Shown piece by piece: positions 15,689 to 25,130 of a stretch of 35,188 bases of DNA (the first letter of the stretch is position 1; every line of letters begins with the position of its first letter). The DNA comes from Patescibacteria group bacterium (GTDB lineage: Bacteria > Patescibacteriota > Minisyncoccia > Phycocordibacterales > JACOZG01), in NCBI GenBank assembly GCA_038064055.1, contig JBBTTW010000035.1:1-35188 (forward strand), in the 5' to 3' direction. A program made the translations under genes and the position numbers. Under the pieces are notes generated by a model. That model worked only from the letters and a program-made list of their open reading frames with translations. It searched no databases and had not been told where the DNA came from.

Positions 15689-15717
15689 ATTCTAACATAT
15701 TGGCAAAATTCAATCAA
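15689..15717 (-). promoter_or_regulatory. TA operon promoter, probably leaderless
   Basis: TTGATT-17 nt-TAGAAT with extended TG, 6 nt before ATG. Confidence 0.65.
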
Positions 15718-15739
15718 TAAAAAAATTCCTAATAACGTT

Positions 15740-17209
15740 TTAGCTCTTTGGTTTCAAAGTTGGGAAGAAGATGACTTCGCGGATGTTGACCGTGTCGGTG
15801 AAGAGCATGGCGAGGCGATCAATGCCAATACCCACGCCGCCGGCCGGCGGCAAGCCATGCTCCATCGCTTCCACATACTCGCGATCGAGGGGTTGCGTTT
15901 CCGTTTCGCCCGCTTGCTTACTCTTCTCCTCCGCTTCGAAACGCGCTTCCTGCTCGACTGGATCATTTAATTCGGAGAAGGCTTTAACCAGTTCGAGCCC
16001 GCCAATGACGAGCTGGAAGGCGTCGGCCAGATCCGGATTATCACTCTTCGCCTTCGCGAGCGGCAAGTAGGCCTTGGGGTAATCAACGACGAAGGTGGGT
16101 TGAGTCAACTTAGGCCGGCACACTTTTTTATAAATTAAATCTAGGATTTTCTCTCGCGTCGCCCCGGGCGGCACCGTGAGACCAAACTGTGCGGCCTTGA
16201 TCGAGAGCTCCTTCGCCGTCGCACTCGTCGGATCGGCGATCAAGGCATAACGCTTGAAGAGATCGTAGTAGGTCACCACCCGGAAGTCAGTTTTGAAATC
16301 AATTTTCTCTCCGCTGTAAGTCAGGCTCATTTTGGAACCAAATTTTTTGACCAAAGTTTTAATGAGCTTCTCCACAAATTGTCTTTGCTTGGTAGCGTCA
16401 CTGTAAGCCTCATAGAACTCAAGCATGGTGAACTCGGGATTATGAGTCACATCAATCCCCTCGTTGCGGAAGCAGCGCGAGAGTTCGTAGACCTTGGGGA
16501 AGCCGGCGATGAGCATCTCCTTCAGATAGAGCTCGGGTGAGATGCGGAGATAGAGCGGCGTATCAAGCGCGGCGTGGTGGGTTTTAAAAGGGGTGGCGGT
16601 AGCACCACCGGCGAGCGGTTGGAGCATCGGCGTCTCCACCTCGAGGTAGCCGGCGTCATCGAGGTAAGCGCGGATGGCATTCAAGAGCTTCGACCGGAGG
16701 GCGAAGCGAGTGCGGACCGTCTCATTCAAGAACGCGTCGAGGTAGCGATGACGGAAGCGCTCCTCCACGTCGGTTAAGCCGTGCCACTTGTCGGGCAAGG
16801 GGCGAAGACTCTTCGAGAGCATTTGCCAATCTTTAACGAGTAGCGTCAGCTCATTACTCTTCGTGACGAAGAGCGAGCCCGACACGGCGACGAAGTCGCC
16901 GCGATCCACCGTCGTTTCGAAGCGAGTGAGGAGCTCGTCCGCCACTTCGCCCTGCTTCAAGAGAGCTTGGAGCTTACCGGTGCCATCATGGAGGTCGAAG
17001 AAGTTGAGCTTGCCTTGGCCGCGGAGACCGAGCACGCGACCGACGAGCGAGAGCGGCGCTCGGCGCTTCTTCAGCTTCGTGGCATAGCGCCTCACCTCTT
17101 CAAGCGAGTAATCGAGAGTCACCTTGGCCGGATAGGGGTCAACCTTCGCCGACCTTAACTCCGCCAACTTTCGCAAACGTTCGGCGCGCAATTCGTCAAT
17201 TGAGGCCAT
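15740..17209 (-). CDS. lysS: Lysine--tRNA ligase, class II
   Basis: PLPDKWHGL, EVETPML, YLRISPELYLK, FRNEGIDVTHNPEFTMLE, ELNDP, GIGIDRL. Confidence 0.98.
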   Translation of the reverse strand: MASIDELRAERLRKLAELRSAKVDPYPAKVTLDYSLEEVRRYATKLKKRRAPLSLVGRVLGLRGQGKLNFFDLHDGTGKLQALLKQGEVADELLTRFETTVDRGDFVAVSGSLFVTKSNELTLLVKDWQMLSKSLRPLPDKWHGLTDVEERFRHRYLDAFLNETVRTRFALRSKLLNAIRAYLDDAGYLEVETPMLQPLAGGATATPFKTHHAALDTPLYLRISPELYLKEMLIAGFPKVYELSRCFRNEGIDVTHNPEFTMLEFYEAYSDATKQRQFVEKLIKTLVKKFGSKMSLTYSGEKIDFKTDFRVVTYYDLFKRYALIADPTSATAKELSIKAAQFGLTVPPGATREKILDLIYKKVCRPKLTQPTFVVDYPKAYLPLAKAKSDNPDLADAFQLVIGGLELVKAFSELNDPVEQEARFEAEEKSKQAGETETQPLDREYVEAMEHGLPPAGGVGIGIDRLAMLFTDTVNIREVIFFPTLKPKS

Positions 17210-17212
17210 GAC

Positions 17213-17680
17213 TTAATTAATTTTGGTAACTTGGTAAACCGCCTCACCCTTAGGCGTCTTAACCTTAATCTTATCACCTTTCTTCTTATTCAAGAGGGCG
17301 GCGCCGAGCGGTGAGAGGTAGGAGATCTGGCCCGTCGCTAAGTTGACCTCTTCCGGACCAACGATGCGGAAGGTGAATTCCTCTCGCTCACCTTCCTTCT
17401 TCACCATTAAGGTTGAACCGATCCCCACACTGGTAGAGTGACGTTCACCGATAATTTCCGAGCCTTTCAGGATCGTCTCGATCTCACTGATCCGATCCTC
17501 CACATCCGCCTGCTCCTCGCGGGCCGACTGGTACTCGGCATTTTCCGACAAGTCGCCAAGTGACTTGGCGAACTCGAGTCGGCTGGCAATCTCCTTCCGC
17601 TTGTCCACCTTTAATTCTTCTAATTCCTTCTTTAGATGATCAAACTTTTCCTGACTCAGATAATGTTTATCGGTTTCCAT
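17213..17680 (-). CDS. greA: Transcription elongation factor GreA
   Basis: Start moved to METDKHYLS (ATG 17680); GDLSENAEY, IVGPEE, ISYLSPLG. Confidence 0.96.
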   Translation of the reverse strand: METDKHYLSQEKFDHLKKELEELKVDKRKEIASRLEFAKSLGDLSENAEYQSAREEQADVEDRISEIETILKGSEIIGERHSTSVGIGSTLMVKKEGEREEFTFRIVGPEEVNLATGQISYLSPLGAALLNKKKGDKIKVKTPKGEAVYQVTKIN

Positions 17681-17709
17681 TAGCCTAGAATGATAACCCT
17701 TCCTTAAAC

Positions 17710-19356
17710 CTATTGCAAGTACTCGGGGGCGGTGGTTGAGAGCCAGTCGAAGAATTGACGCATAATGAAGACGCCACCGATCGTGTTCTCCCGTCGGCCG
17801 CGCTCCATGGCCACCGCGAAGGCATAGCGCGGCGCGGTGTAAGGGAAGAAGCCGATCACCCATGAGGTCACCGCTTCCTTCGTCGTGCCGAGCTCGGCCG
17901 TACCGGTTTTGGCGGCAATCTCGACGTAAGGGACATTGAGTCCAGTGCCGGTGCCGTCGGTGACGGCTTGCCGCATCCCCTCGCGCACAATCTTAAGCAC
18001 TTCCGGGCGAAGTGAATTCTTAATCGATTTCGGCTTCAAAACGAAATCAGTGGAGGTGGCCGAGAGAACGGTCGGGGTTACGAGGTCGCCATCATTCGCA
18101 ATCGCCGCCGCCACCCGCGCCATCTGGAGAGGAGTAACTTGGAAGCCATACTGCCCGATCGAGGTGTGGTAAGTATCGCCCACCCGCCATGGATCACCGG
18201 GGAAGAATTTCTCCTTCCACTCCGGCGTGGGGATAACGCCGGCCTCTTCGCTCGGCCAATTAATCCCCGTTGGCTCGCCTAAGCCGAAGAGTTTGGCGTA
18301 TTTATCAATGCGCATAATCCCCAAACCCTTCTGATCTTCGAATCCCCCACCCACTTCGTAGAAGTAGACGTTCGAGGAGACGGCCAAGGCGCGACGTATA
18401 TCAACCGCCCCATGCGCTTTCCAATCTTTGAAAATTGACGGTTCATCGGGGTTGAAGGGATTAGGTAAGGTGAGCGCGCCGGTGCTTATAATCTCCTTCT
18501 CCGGAGTAATCACCTTCTCCTTTAACGCCGCGGTGGCCATAATCGTCTTCACGATTGAGACCGGAGTATAGAGACCGGAGATGGCGCGGTTTAAGAATGG
18601 TTTAGCCGGATCGGTGAGCCAAGTATTGATCATCGTTCGGTCGTCGCCACGCGCCAGCACTTCCGAACTATACTCGGGGTAGCTGGCGAGGGTCAGGAGT
18701 TCGCCCGTCTTCACATCAACCACCACCCCCCCCCCACCGACGAAGCCGCGCTCCAGCGCGAGCGACTTGATCAATTCAAACATCTTGTTTTGCAAGCGCG
18801 AATCGATCGATAAGTAGAGACTCTCGCCGGGCTTGGGCTCTTGTAAAAAGTAATCGGAATGGATCTCGCCATAGGCATCAACCTCTTCAATCTTAATCCC
18901 TTTCTGGCCCATCAAGCGATCGTTGTAGACCTTCTCAACGCCATTGCGGCCAATTAATTCTTTCGGATCGTAACCATAATTCTTGATCTCTTCTTCGGTG
19001 GGATAAGCCACGAAGCCAAGCAAGTGGGAGAAGCCGTCGACACTCGGGTAGACGCGTTCCGGATTATTCCAAATTAATTCCTCACCCAAGCGATCGTAAA
19101 CCACGCCTCGATCAGAGAAGACGGCGGTGTGGCGCAAAGTGTTGTTCTCACTGCGGGCGGCGAAAGCCGGACCTTGATTGATTTGGAGGTAATAGGCTCG
19201 ACCAAGGAAGATGACGCCCACCAAGGCGAAGAGACTAGCGAGAATGAGGAGCGTCGCCTTACTGATTGGCTTCTCGATCTCGCCTTCAAATTGCTGCCGG
19301 TCGAAAGCCGGCAGATTATAGGTATCGAGGAAGATCTCGTCCGGATCGATCGTCAT
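17710..19356 (-). CDS. mrdA: Class B penicillin-binding protein 2 (elongation)
   Basis: TM; DRGVVYDR; SIVK, SSN, KTG motifs; downstream of mreBC. Confidence 0.9.
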   Translation of the reverse strand: MTIDPDEIFLDTYNLPAFDRQQFEGEIEKPISKATLLILASLFALVGVIFLGRAYYLQINQGPAFAARSENNTLRHTAVFSDRGVVYDRLGEELIWNNPERVYPSVDGFSHLLGFVAYPTEEEIKNYGYDPKELIGRNGVEKVYNDRLMGQKGIKIEEVDAYGEIHSDYFLQEPKPGESLYLSIDSRLQNKMFELIKSLALERGFVGGGGVVVDVKTGELLTLASYPEYSSEVLARGDDRTMINTWLTDPAKPFLNRAISGLYTPVSIVKTIMATAALKEKVITPEKEIISTGALTLPNPFNPDEPSIFKDWKAHGAVDIRRALAVSSNVYFYEVGGGFEDQKGLGIMRIDKYAKLFGLGEPTGINWPSEEAGVIPTPEWKEKFFPGDPWRVGDTYHTSIGQYGFQVTPLQMARVAAAIANDGDLVTPTVLSATSTDFVLKPKSIKNSLRPEVLKIVREGMRQAVTDGTGTGLNVPYVEIAAKTGTAELGTTKEAVTSWVIGFFPYTAPRYAFAVAMERGRRENTIGGVFIMRQFFDWLSTTAPEYLQ

Positions 19357-19365
19357 AGGTTCTAA

Positions 19366-19611
19366 CTAGTTTACCCTAATTAGTCGCTTGATCAAATGAG
19401 AGAGAAGAATGAAGATAAAAAGGGAGCTGAGCGCGAGCGGAAAACGATTAGCCGACCCATAAAGCCAGTCGAAAAAGAAACTAGGTATAACGAGTAGGTA
19501 AGGCGGCTCAAGCCAAAAAGTAAGCAGCGCGAGACTCACCAAAAAGAGCCACCAGGGAAAGTATAAAAGGGCGAGGAGGAGAAAAATGATTAGTAAAATC
19601 TTAGAGACCAT
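19366..19611 (-). CDS. Small hydrophobic membrane protein in the MreD position
   Basis: 81 aa, about 3 TM, FFFDWLYG resembles MreD D-x-x-x-G; between mreC and mrdA. Confidence 0.6.
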   Translation of the reverse strand: MVSKILLIIFLLLALLYFPWWLFLVSLALLTFWLEPPYLLVIPSFFFDWLYGSANRFPLALSSLFIFILLSHLIKRLIRVN

Positions 19612-20443
19612 GGAGGCGAACCCAAGTTAGAAGTTCGAGATTAACGGGCGAACGGAAGAAGATCTCTTGGAAGGCCTCGATCGGGTCGTGATTAACCACA
19701 CTCACCCGCCCGAGCGAGTACTCCTCCGTCCCGATGATCATCATCACCGGATCCCCGACTGCCACCTTAACCTCGCGCGGCAGCGAGAGGCGGAAGTTAC
19801 CACTACCTCGGCCCAAGGCCTCGGCCGGCACCCGTGTCTCCCCGATTAAGACCTCTCGCTTTCGCCCCCAAGCCGAGAAGAGCTCGAACTTCGACACCCG
19901 CGACTCCACCGCCACAATCTCGCCGAGAGCCGTGGCACTCGCCGCGTCGAGGACGAGATCGCCGAGCTTGAGCGGAATGCTTGCCACGGCCGAACCCACA
20001 TCGAGCGCCAAGACGCCCGTCGCTGACTGATTGACCCGCGTCAAGACTCGAGCGGCCATGGTTAGGTGTTCGCTCGTTGAAGTGGCGTAGTTCAATAGGC
20101 CGCGAAGGGCGAGGTTGTCGCTTACCAGCCGCTCACGTTCAAGTTCAAGCGCCGTATAAGCCAAGAGATCTTGCTTCAGTTTTTGATTCTCCAGTGTCAG
20201 AGCGCTGTGGCTTGATAAGAATTGCCACTGCCGTTCGAGCCAACCAGAGAAGCCGCTCCCCGCCGACCAGAAGGGTCGGGCGAGCGTCAGCGCCACCCCT
20301 TCACCCACGCGGAAGACAGAAGGACGAGTGATTAACCAGAAAAGCAAAACAATAATTAAACCAAGGAGCCATGGCGAGCGCCACTTGGGGCGCGAGCCGC
20401 CGCTCCGACCGAAGATTTGGAAATTGTTATCGAGGTAATTCAT
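19601..20443 (-). CDS. mreC: Rod shape-determining protein MreC
   Basis: Start moved to MNYLD (20443); TM, coiled coil (ENQKLK...NLALRGLL), ARVL, GRGSG, VGDPV. Confidence 0.85.
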   Translation of the reverse strand: MNYLDNNFQIFGRSGGSRPKWRSPWLLGLIIVLLFWLITRPSVFRVGEGVALTLARPFWSAGSGFSGWLERQWQFLSSHSALTLENQKLKQDLLAYTALELERERLVSDNLALRGLLNYATSTSEHLTMAARVLTRVNQSATGVLALDVGSAVASIPLKLGDLVLDAASATALGEIVAVESRVSKFELFSAWGRKREVLIGETRVPAEALGRGSGNFRLSLPREVKVAVGDPVMMIIGTEEYSLGRVSVVNHDPIEAFQEIFFRSPVNLELLTWVRLHGL

Positions 20444-21488
20444 CCTCGTCAGGCAAGAGGACGTCTCGGTAATCCTCAATATTCTCAAGCACGATCCCGG
20501 CACCGCGAACAACGGCCGTCACCGGATCATCAGCGAGGGTCACCGGGATCTTGAGTTCGTGGGCCAAAAGTTCCTTCACTCCAACGAGGAGTGAGCCACC
20601 GCCGACCAAAATGATCCCTTTATGCATAATATCGGACACGACTTCCGGCGGCGTCGTCTCCAGCACTTCTTTAATCGCTTCAATCAAACTGTTGACCGAG
20701 AGACTAATCGCTTCTTTAATATCGGCATCGGTGATGACGGCTTCTTTCGGCAAGCCGGTGACGAGATCACGACCGCGAATCGTGGCTTCAAGGGGCTCCG
20801 GCTGCTGCCAAACCGAGCCGATCGCCATCTTCACCTCTTCGGCCGTCTTCTCCCCGAGTAAAATTTTAAATTCATCCCGAACGTAATTAACGATGTCGCG
20901 ATTCAGTCGATCGCCGGCGGTGCGTAAGTTCTTTGATCGGACAATGCCCCCGAGCGAGATAACGGCGATATCGGCCGTGCCGCCGCCGATGTCGACAATC
21001 AGGTTACCGACCGGTTCGCGCACGGGCAAACGGATGCCGATCGCCGCCGCCATCGGCTCCTCCAAGATTTCGACGACGCGGGCGCCCGCTTGGCGGGCGG
21101 CGTCGCGGACGGCCCGCACCTCCACGTTAGTAATGCCGGATGGCACCCCGATCACCACGCGCGGGCGGAAGAACTTGTTCGGCTCAAGCTTCGACACTCG
21201 TTTCAAGAAGTAAGCGAGCATTTCTTGTGTCACCTCGAAGTTTGAGATCACGCCATCAACCAAGGGGCGCACGATCTCGAGGTGAGTCGGGGTGCGGCCA
21301 AGCATCTGCTTGGCGTCGTGGCCGATGGCCACGAGTCGCCCTGTCTTCTGATTGACCGCCACAATCGAGGGCTCGGCGATAATGATACCGTGCCCCTTCA
21401 CGTAGACGAGCGTGTTCGCCGTACCAAGGTCGATGCCGACCTCGTGGGAGAAGCGTTTATATAATTTGTCTAACCAAGGAAGGCGCAT
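20427..21488 (-). CDS. mreB: Rod shape-determining actin homolog MreB
   Basis: GIDLGTANT, EPSIVA, EEPMAAAIG, DIGGGT, GGGSLL. Confidence 0.96.
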   Translation of the reverse strand: MRLPWLDKLYKRFSHEVGIDLGTANTLVYVKGHGIIIAEPSIVAVNQKTGRLVAIGHDAKQMLGRTPTHLEIVRPLVDGVISNFEVTQEMLAYFLKRVSKLEPNKFFRPRVVIGVPSGITNVEVRAVRDAARQAGARVVEILEEPMAAAIGIRLPVREPVGNLIVDIGGGTADIAVISLGGIVRSKNLRTAGDRLNRDIVNYVRDEFKILLGEKTAEEVKMAIGSVWQQPEPLEATIRGRDLVTGLPKEAVITDADIKEAISLSVNSLIEAIKEVLETTPPEVVSDIMHKGIILVGGGSLLVGVKELLAHELKIPVTLADDPVTAVVRGAGIVLENIEDYRDVLLPDEDELPR

Positions 21489-22720
21489 AATTCTTTCTCC
21501 GTGACTAAGCGCGACTCGCCGCCGCGTCGCTCAGTTAACTCCACCTTCAACTCCCCGCCGTGCGAGAGAGTCCGATCGGAAACGACGACGCGGTATGGGA
21601 GGCCGAGGAGCTCGGCTTCGTTCAACTTCTCCCCCGCTGAAGCGGCGCGATCATCCCAGAGCACCTCGTAACCAAGTTTGATTAAATTATTATAGAGACC
21701 TTCGGCCGCTTTGGCGGCCGCACCATCCGTCGCCCCGAGCGACACGAGGTGAATAGTGAAGGGAGCGACGGCCCGAGACCAGACGAGACCCTTATCATCA
21801 GCCATAATCTCGACCAAGGCGCCCATCAGTCGACTTATCCCCAGACCATAGCAACCCATAATCACGAGTTCGTCCTTACCCGTCTCCGAACGATAAGTGA
21901 GGTTGAAAGCTTGGCTAAACTTGGTGCTCAAATCGAAGACGTTGGCCACCTCAATTGAGGTCACCGATTTAAGCTCCTTATTCCCACATTTCGGGCAGTT
22001 TGGGTGCTTGGCTTTGATCTCATCATTGACGGCTAAGTGGCAAGTATCGCAAACGTGGATGAGGTCTTCGCCGGCGGGAGTGATGGTTTGGAATTCGTGC
22101 GAGTACTCGGCGAAGGTGCCGCCGGCCGCGAGTGTGAGGTAAGTGGTGGGGCCGAGACCCAACTGTTCGAAAATCTTTTGGTAAGCACCGATCACTTGAT
22201 CATAGAAACTCTTCAACTCTTCCGACGTCCGGTGGAAGGAGTAGAGATCCTTCATTAAAAATTCGCGACCGCGGAGGAGGCCGGACTTGGCGCGCGCCTC
22301 CATCCGAAACTTAGTTTGAAATTGGAAAACAGCCGTCGGTAGATCTTGGTAGGAAGTGATGAAGTCCTTCATGAGCGGCGTGACGATCTCTTCGTGGGTC
22401 GGCCCCAGCGCGAGCTCGCGCTCACTGCCATCAACAAGCTTGTAGAGATCAGTCATCTTGTCCCAACGGCCGGTCGCCTGCCAATTAGCCTTGGGTTGAA
22501 GCACGGGCATGGCGATCTCCGCCGCCCCTAACTCGAGCATGAAGTGCCGAACGAGGTTCGTTAACTTCTCCAGCACTCGTCGGCCGAGCGGCAAGTAAGA
22601 GTAGACGCCGGCTAGCTCCTTGTGGATGTAGCCGGCTCGAATGAGAAGTTTGGCATTCTTCGCCACCTCGTCGGCTGGCGCATCACGCCTCGCCCGAGTA
22701 AACAATTTAGACTGTCGCAT
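21470..22720 (-). CDS. proS: Proline--tRNA ligase, short form lacking the full editing domain
   Basis: LLIRAGYI, LGPTHEE, KFRMEAR, GLLRGREFLMKDLYSF, MGCYGLGISR; 416 aa with CxxC/CxxC in place of INS. Confidence 0.96.
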   Translation of the reverse strand: MRQSKLFTRARRDAPADEVAKNAKLLIRAGYIHKELAGVYSYLPLGRRVLEKLTNLVRHFMLELGAAEIAMPVLQPKANWQATGRWDKMTDLYKLVDGSERELALGPTHEEIVTPLMKDFITSYQDLPTAVFQFQTKFRMEARAKSGLLRGREFLMKDLYSFHRTSEELKSFYDQVIGAYQKIFEQLGLGPTTYLTLAAGGTFAEYSHEFQTITPAGEDLIHVCDTCHLAVNDEIKAKHPNCPKCGNKELKSVTSIEVANVFDLSTKFSQAFNLTYRSETGKDELVIMGCYGLGISRLMGALVEIMADDKGLVWSRAVAPFTIHLVSLGATDGAAAKAAEGLYNNLIKLGYEVLWDDRAASAGEKLNEAELLGLPYRVVVSDRTLSHGGELKVELTERRGGESRLVTEKELCAFLG

Positions 22721-22726
22721 CCTGTA

Positions 22727-22732
22727 ATCTTA
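22727..22732 (-). promoter_or_regulatory. Candidate -10 box for proS
   Basis: TAAGAT 6 nt before ATG. Confidence 0.45.
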
Positions 22733-22752
22733 GGGCAAAAATTAGCCCCTGT

Positions 22753-23877
22753 CTATGGACGAGTTAGTTTGAAAATGTCGCTAAAGGTAACGATGACCAT
22801 GAGAAGAATGAGGAGGGCGAAGCCGATGAGGTTCGCCATTTTCGCGAATTTGGGATTAAGCGGTTTCCGTTTAATCGCTTCGATGAGAAGGAAGAGAAGG
22901 CGGCCGCCATCGAGAGCGGGAATGGGTAGCAGATTAAGCACGGCTAAGTTGATGGAGATGACGGCGGTGAAGAGGAGCAGATGGCCGAGGCCGAGCGCTT
23001 GAGCCGTGCCGACGAGCGAAACGAGGCCGACTGGCCCTGCCACTTGATTGAGTAACTCCCCGTGGCCGCGGACTAGACCGAAGAGGAAGTCACCCAAGCC
23101 ACGCGCCGTGAGCCAAGTAAGATTGGCGAGGAGTTTAAAAGCGAGTGGCACGGCGCGGAAGACGGAGAGCTTGAGCGTGCCTACCGTCTCGAGACCGAGG
23201 CCGATGGCGGCTCGATCCGAGATGAGACCAGTGACGGGTACGACTCCGACCTCTTCGACAATCGTTTTAACCTTCGGTTGCTGTCGCTCATAGCCGAGCA
23301 CGATCTCGCGCCCCGCCCGCGTCGCCGTGAAGGCTTGCACTTGCTCTGGGCTCGTGGGGATAAGATAGTCGAGACCGGAACGCATGGAGATAAGAGTGTC
23401 GCCCGCTTTGAGTCCCGCTTTATCCGCCGGCGACCCGGGCGCCACGGAGATAATCGAGAGATGAGAATTAGTCAGCGGGACACCAGCTGGAGCCACCGAC
23501 TCACCGGCCGGTAAACCCGTAGTGGAGAGGGCGAGCGCGAGGAGTAACCAAGCGAGAATGAGGTTGAAGGTGACGCCGGCCGCGAGCACCGCCGCTTGCT
23601 GCCACTTCGACTGATGGGCCAGCGATCGAGCGGGGTCAGGCTTTTTATCTTCTATTACTTCTTCCAAATCTTCGCCATAGATCTTAACGAAGCCGCCAAA
23701 AGGAATGATGTTTAACGAGTAAGTCGTTTCCCCTTTCTTAAAGCTCAAGAGTCGCGGCGGGAAGCCGAGACCAAATTCATCCACCCGCGCGCCGACGCGC
23801 TTAGCCACGATGAAGTGCCCAAACTCGTGTGAGATGATGAGCACCCCAAGGATAATAAGAAAAGTAATCAGGGTCAT
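22753..23877 (-). CDS. rseP: Site-2 intramembrane metalloprotease RseP (M50, PDZ)
   Basis: HEFGH, GFPP, PFGGFV, SPADKAGLKAGD, NLLPIPALDGG. Confidence 0.95.
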   Translation of the reverse strand: MTLITFLIILGVLIISHEFGHFIVAKRVGARVDEFGLGFPPRLLSFKKGETTYSLNIIPFGGFVKIYGEDLEEVIEDKKPDPARSLAHQSKWQQAAVLAAGVTFNLILAWLLLALALSTTGLPAGESVAPAGVPLTNSHLSIISVAPGSPADKAGLKAGDTLISMRSGLDYLIPTSPEQVQAFTATRAGREIVLGYERQQPKVKTIVEEVGVVPVTGLISDRAAIGLGLETVGTLKLSVFRAVPLAFKLLANLTWLTARGLGDFLFGLVRGHGELLNQVAGPVGLVSLVGTAQALGLGHLLLFTAVISINLAVLNLLPIPALDGGRLLFLLIEAIKRKPLNPKFAKMANLIGFALLILLMVIVTFSDIFKLTRP

Positions 23878-23882
23878 TAAAA

Positions 23883-24434
23883 TTAATTCAAAATCTCGGT
23901 TTCTTTTTTGGCGGCGACGATGTCGAGTTCTTCATTAGTTTGATCAATCAATTTTTGGAGTTCATCTTTGAGCCGGAATTTAGCATCTTCGGAAATTTTG
24001 CCCTCGCGCTCGCCCACTTGGATCTCGCTCCAGACCTTATCGCGCGCCTGACGGAGAGAGACGCGTGCTTCTTCAAGCTTCGCCTTCACCACTTTCGTCA
24101 GTTTCTGCCGCACTTCGGCCGTGAGCTCGGGGAAGATGATGCGAAGCCCGGACTCATCGGCGACGACCGACACGCCAAGATTGGCGGCGGTAAGGGCTGA
24201 TTCAATATCTTTAACCTGACTTTTATCCCATGGATTAAGCCGGATCGAGCGGGCATCCTCAACGGTAATGGCCGCCACTTGCTTGAGTGGCACATGGCTC
24301 CCATAAGCACTCACCATTACTCCATCGAGGAGGTAGGGCGTGGCGCGACCGGTGCGGATGCCCTGACACTCACGCCTCAACCATTCCTCAACTTCTTTCG
24401 CTTGCTTTTTTAATTGATTAAAATCGTAGGCCAT
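23883..24434 (-). CDS. frr: Ribosome recycling factor
   Basis: IRTGRATP, PWDKS, PELTAEVR, EEARVSLR. Confidence 0.97.
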   Translation of the reverse strand: MAYDFNQLKKQAKEVEEWLRRECQGIRTGRATPYLLDGVMVSAYGSHVPLKQVAAITVEDARSIRLNPWDKSQVKDIESALTAANLGVSVVADESGLRIIFPELTAEVRQKLTKVVKAKLEEARVSLRQARDKVWSEIQVGEREGKISEDAKFRLKDELQKLIDQTNEELDIVAAKKETEILN

Positions 24435-24443
24435 CTTGATTTG

Positions 24444-24452
24444 ATTATATCA
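24444..24452 (-). promoter_or_regulatory. Extended -10 promoter for frr-rseP
   Basis: TGaTATAAT 9 nt before ATG. Confidence 0.6.
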
Positions 24453-25130
24453 TTTTTCCCCCTTCGGCCAAGCGGGTAAGACGAGGGCCAAGTGCTCGAA
24501 GATAAGTCGCGGCAAAGCCGCGGGACCTTGAAGATAATTGAGGGCTTGCTTCAGTTCGGTTAAAGCCGCCACTACCTCCGGACTTCGTTTGGCCAACAAT
24601 CGATCATGGAAATAAATTTCTAAAGCTTGCGCGAGAGCGAGCCAATGCTTCAAAGCCACTTCTTCCTCGACGAGCTGACGGACGAGTTCGAGCCGCCGCA
24701 CCGGCGGCTCTTCTAGCCAGCGCTTAACCCATACACTCGCTTCCGTTTGCTCTCCGACACTTTCGCTCGCGGCCATGTGCACCAACTGGCAACGTGAACG
24801 CAAAGTGGGTAAGAGATCATTAAGGCTCGACGAAATGAGGAAGAAGTGCGTACCGGTCGTCGGCTCTTCCAGTACTTTCAAAAGGGCATGCTGGGCCGGT
24901 AGCGTAATCGCGTCAGCGGCAATGACAAAAAATTTCTTCCCCACCTGCCAAGCCGTTCCGGCCTGCCGCTCGATTACAGCCCGACTGTCATCGATGCCGA
25001 AGCTTTCGCGCTCGAGCCAGAGGCTCTCGCTATCAACAAATTGGTCGATTACTCCCCTCACCTCGGCGAGAAGCCGCGTTCGATCACCAACTAAGAGGTA
25101 GGCATGATGGTCGAGCTTCCGGAGCATCAC
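24450..25130 (-). CDS. DNA polymerase III delta'-like clamp-loader subunit, reduced
   Basis: HAYLLVG, FGIDDSR, AQHALLKVLEEP, LLPTLRSRC; no P-loop or Zn cysteines. Confidence 0.8.
   Translation of the reverse strand: MMLRKLDHHAYLLVGDRTRLLAEVRGVIDQFVDSESLWLERESFGIDDSRAVIERQAGTAWQVGKKFFVIAADAITLPAQHALLKVLEEPTTGTHFFLISSSLNDLLPTLRSRCQLVHMAASESVGEQTEASVWVKRWLEEPPVRRLELVRQLVEEEVALKHWLALAQALEIYFHDRLLAKRSPEVVAALTELKQALNYLQGPAALPRLIFEHLALVLPAWPKGEK

Noticed and set aside
17681-17863. 61-aa N-terminal extension of GreA in the ORF track
   Set aside because: Overlaps the mrdA 3' end; GreA similarity begins at ATG 17680
20444-20512. N-terminal extension of MreC
   Set aside because: Lies within mreB; ATG 20443 gives a typical short overlap
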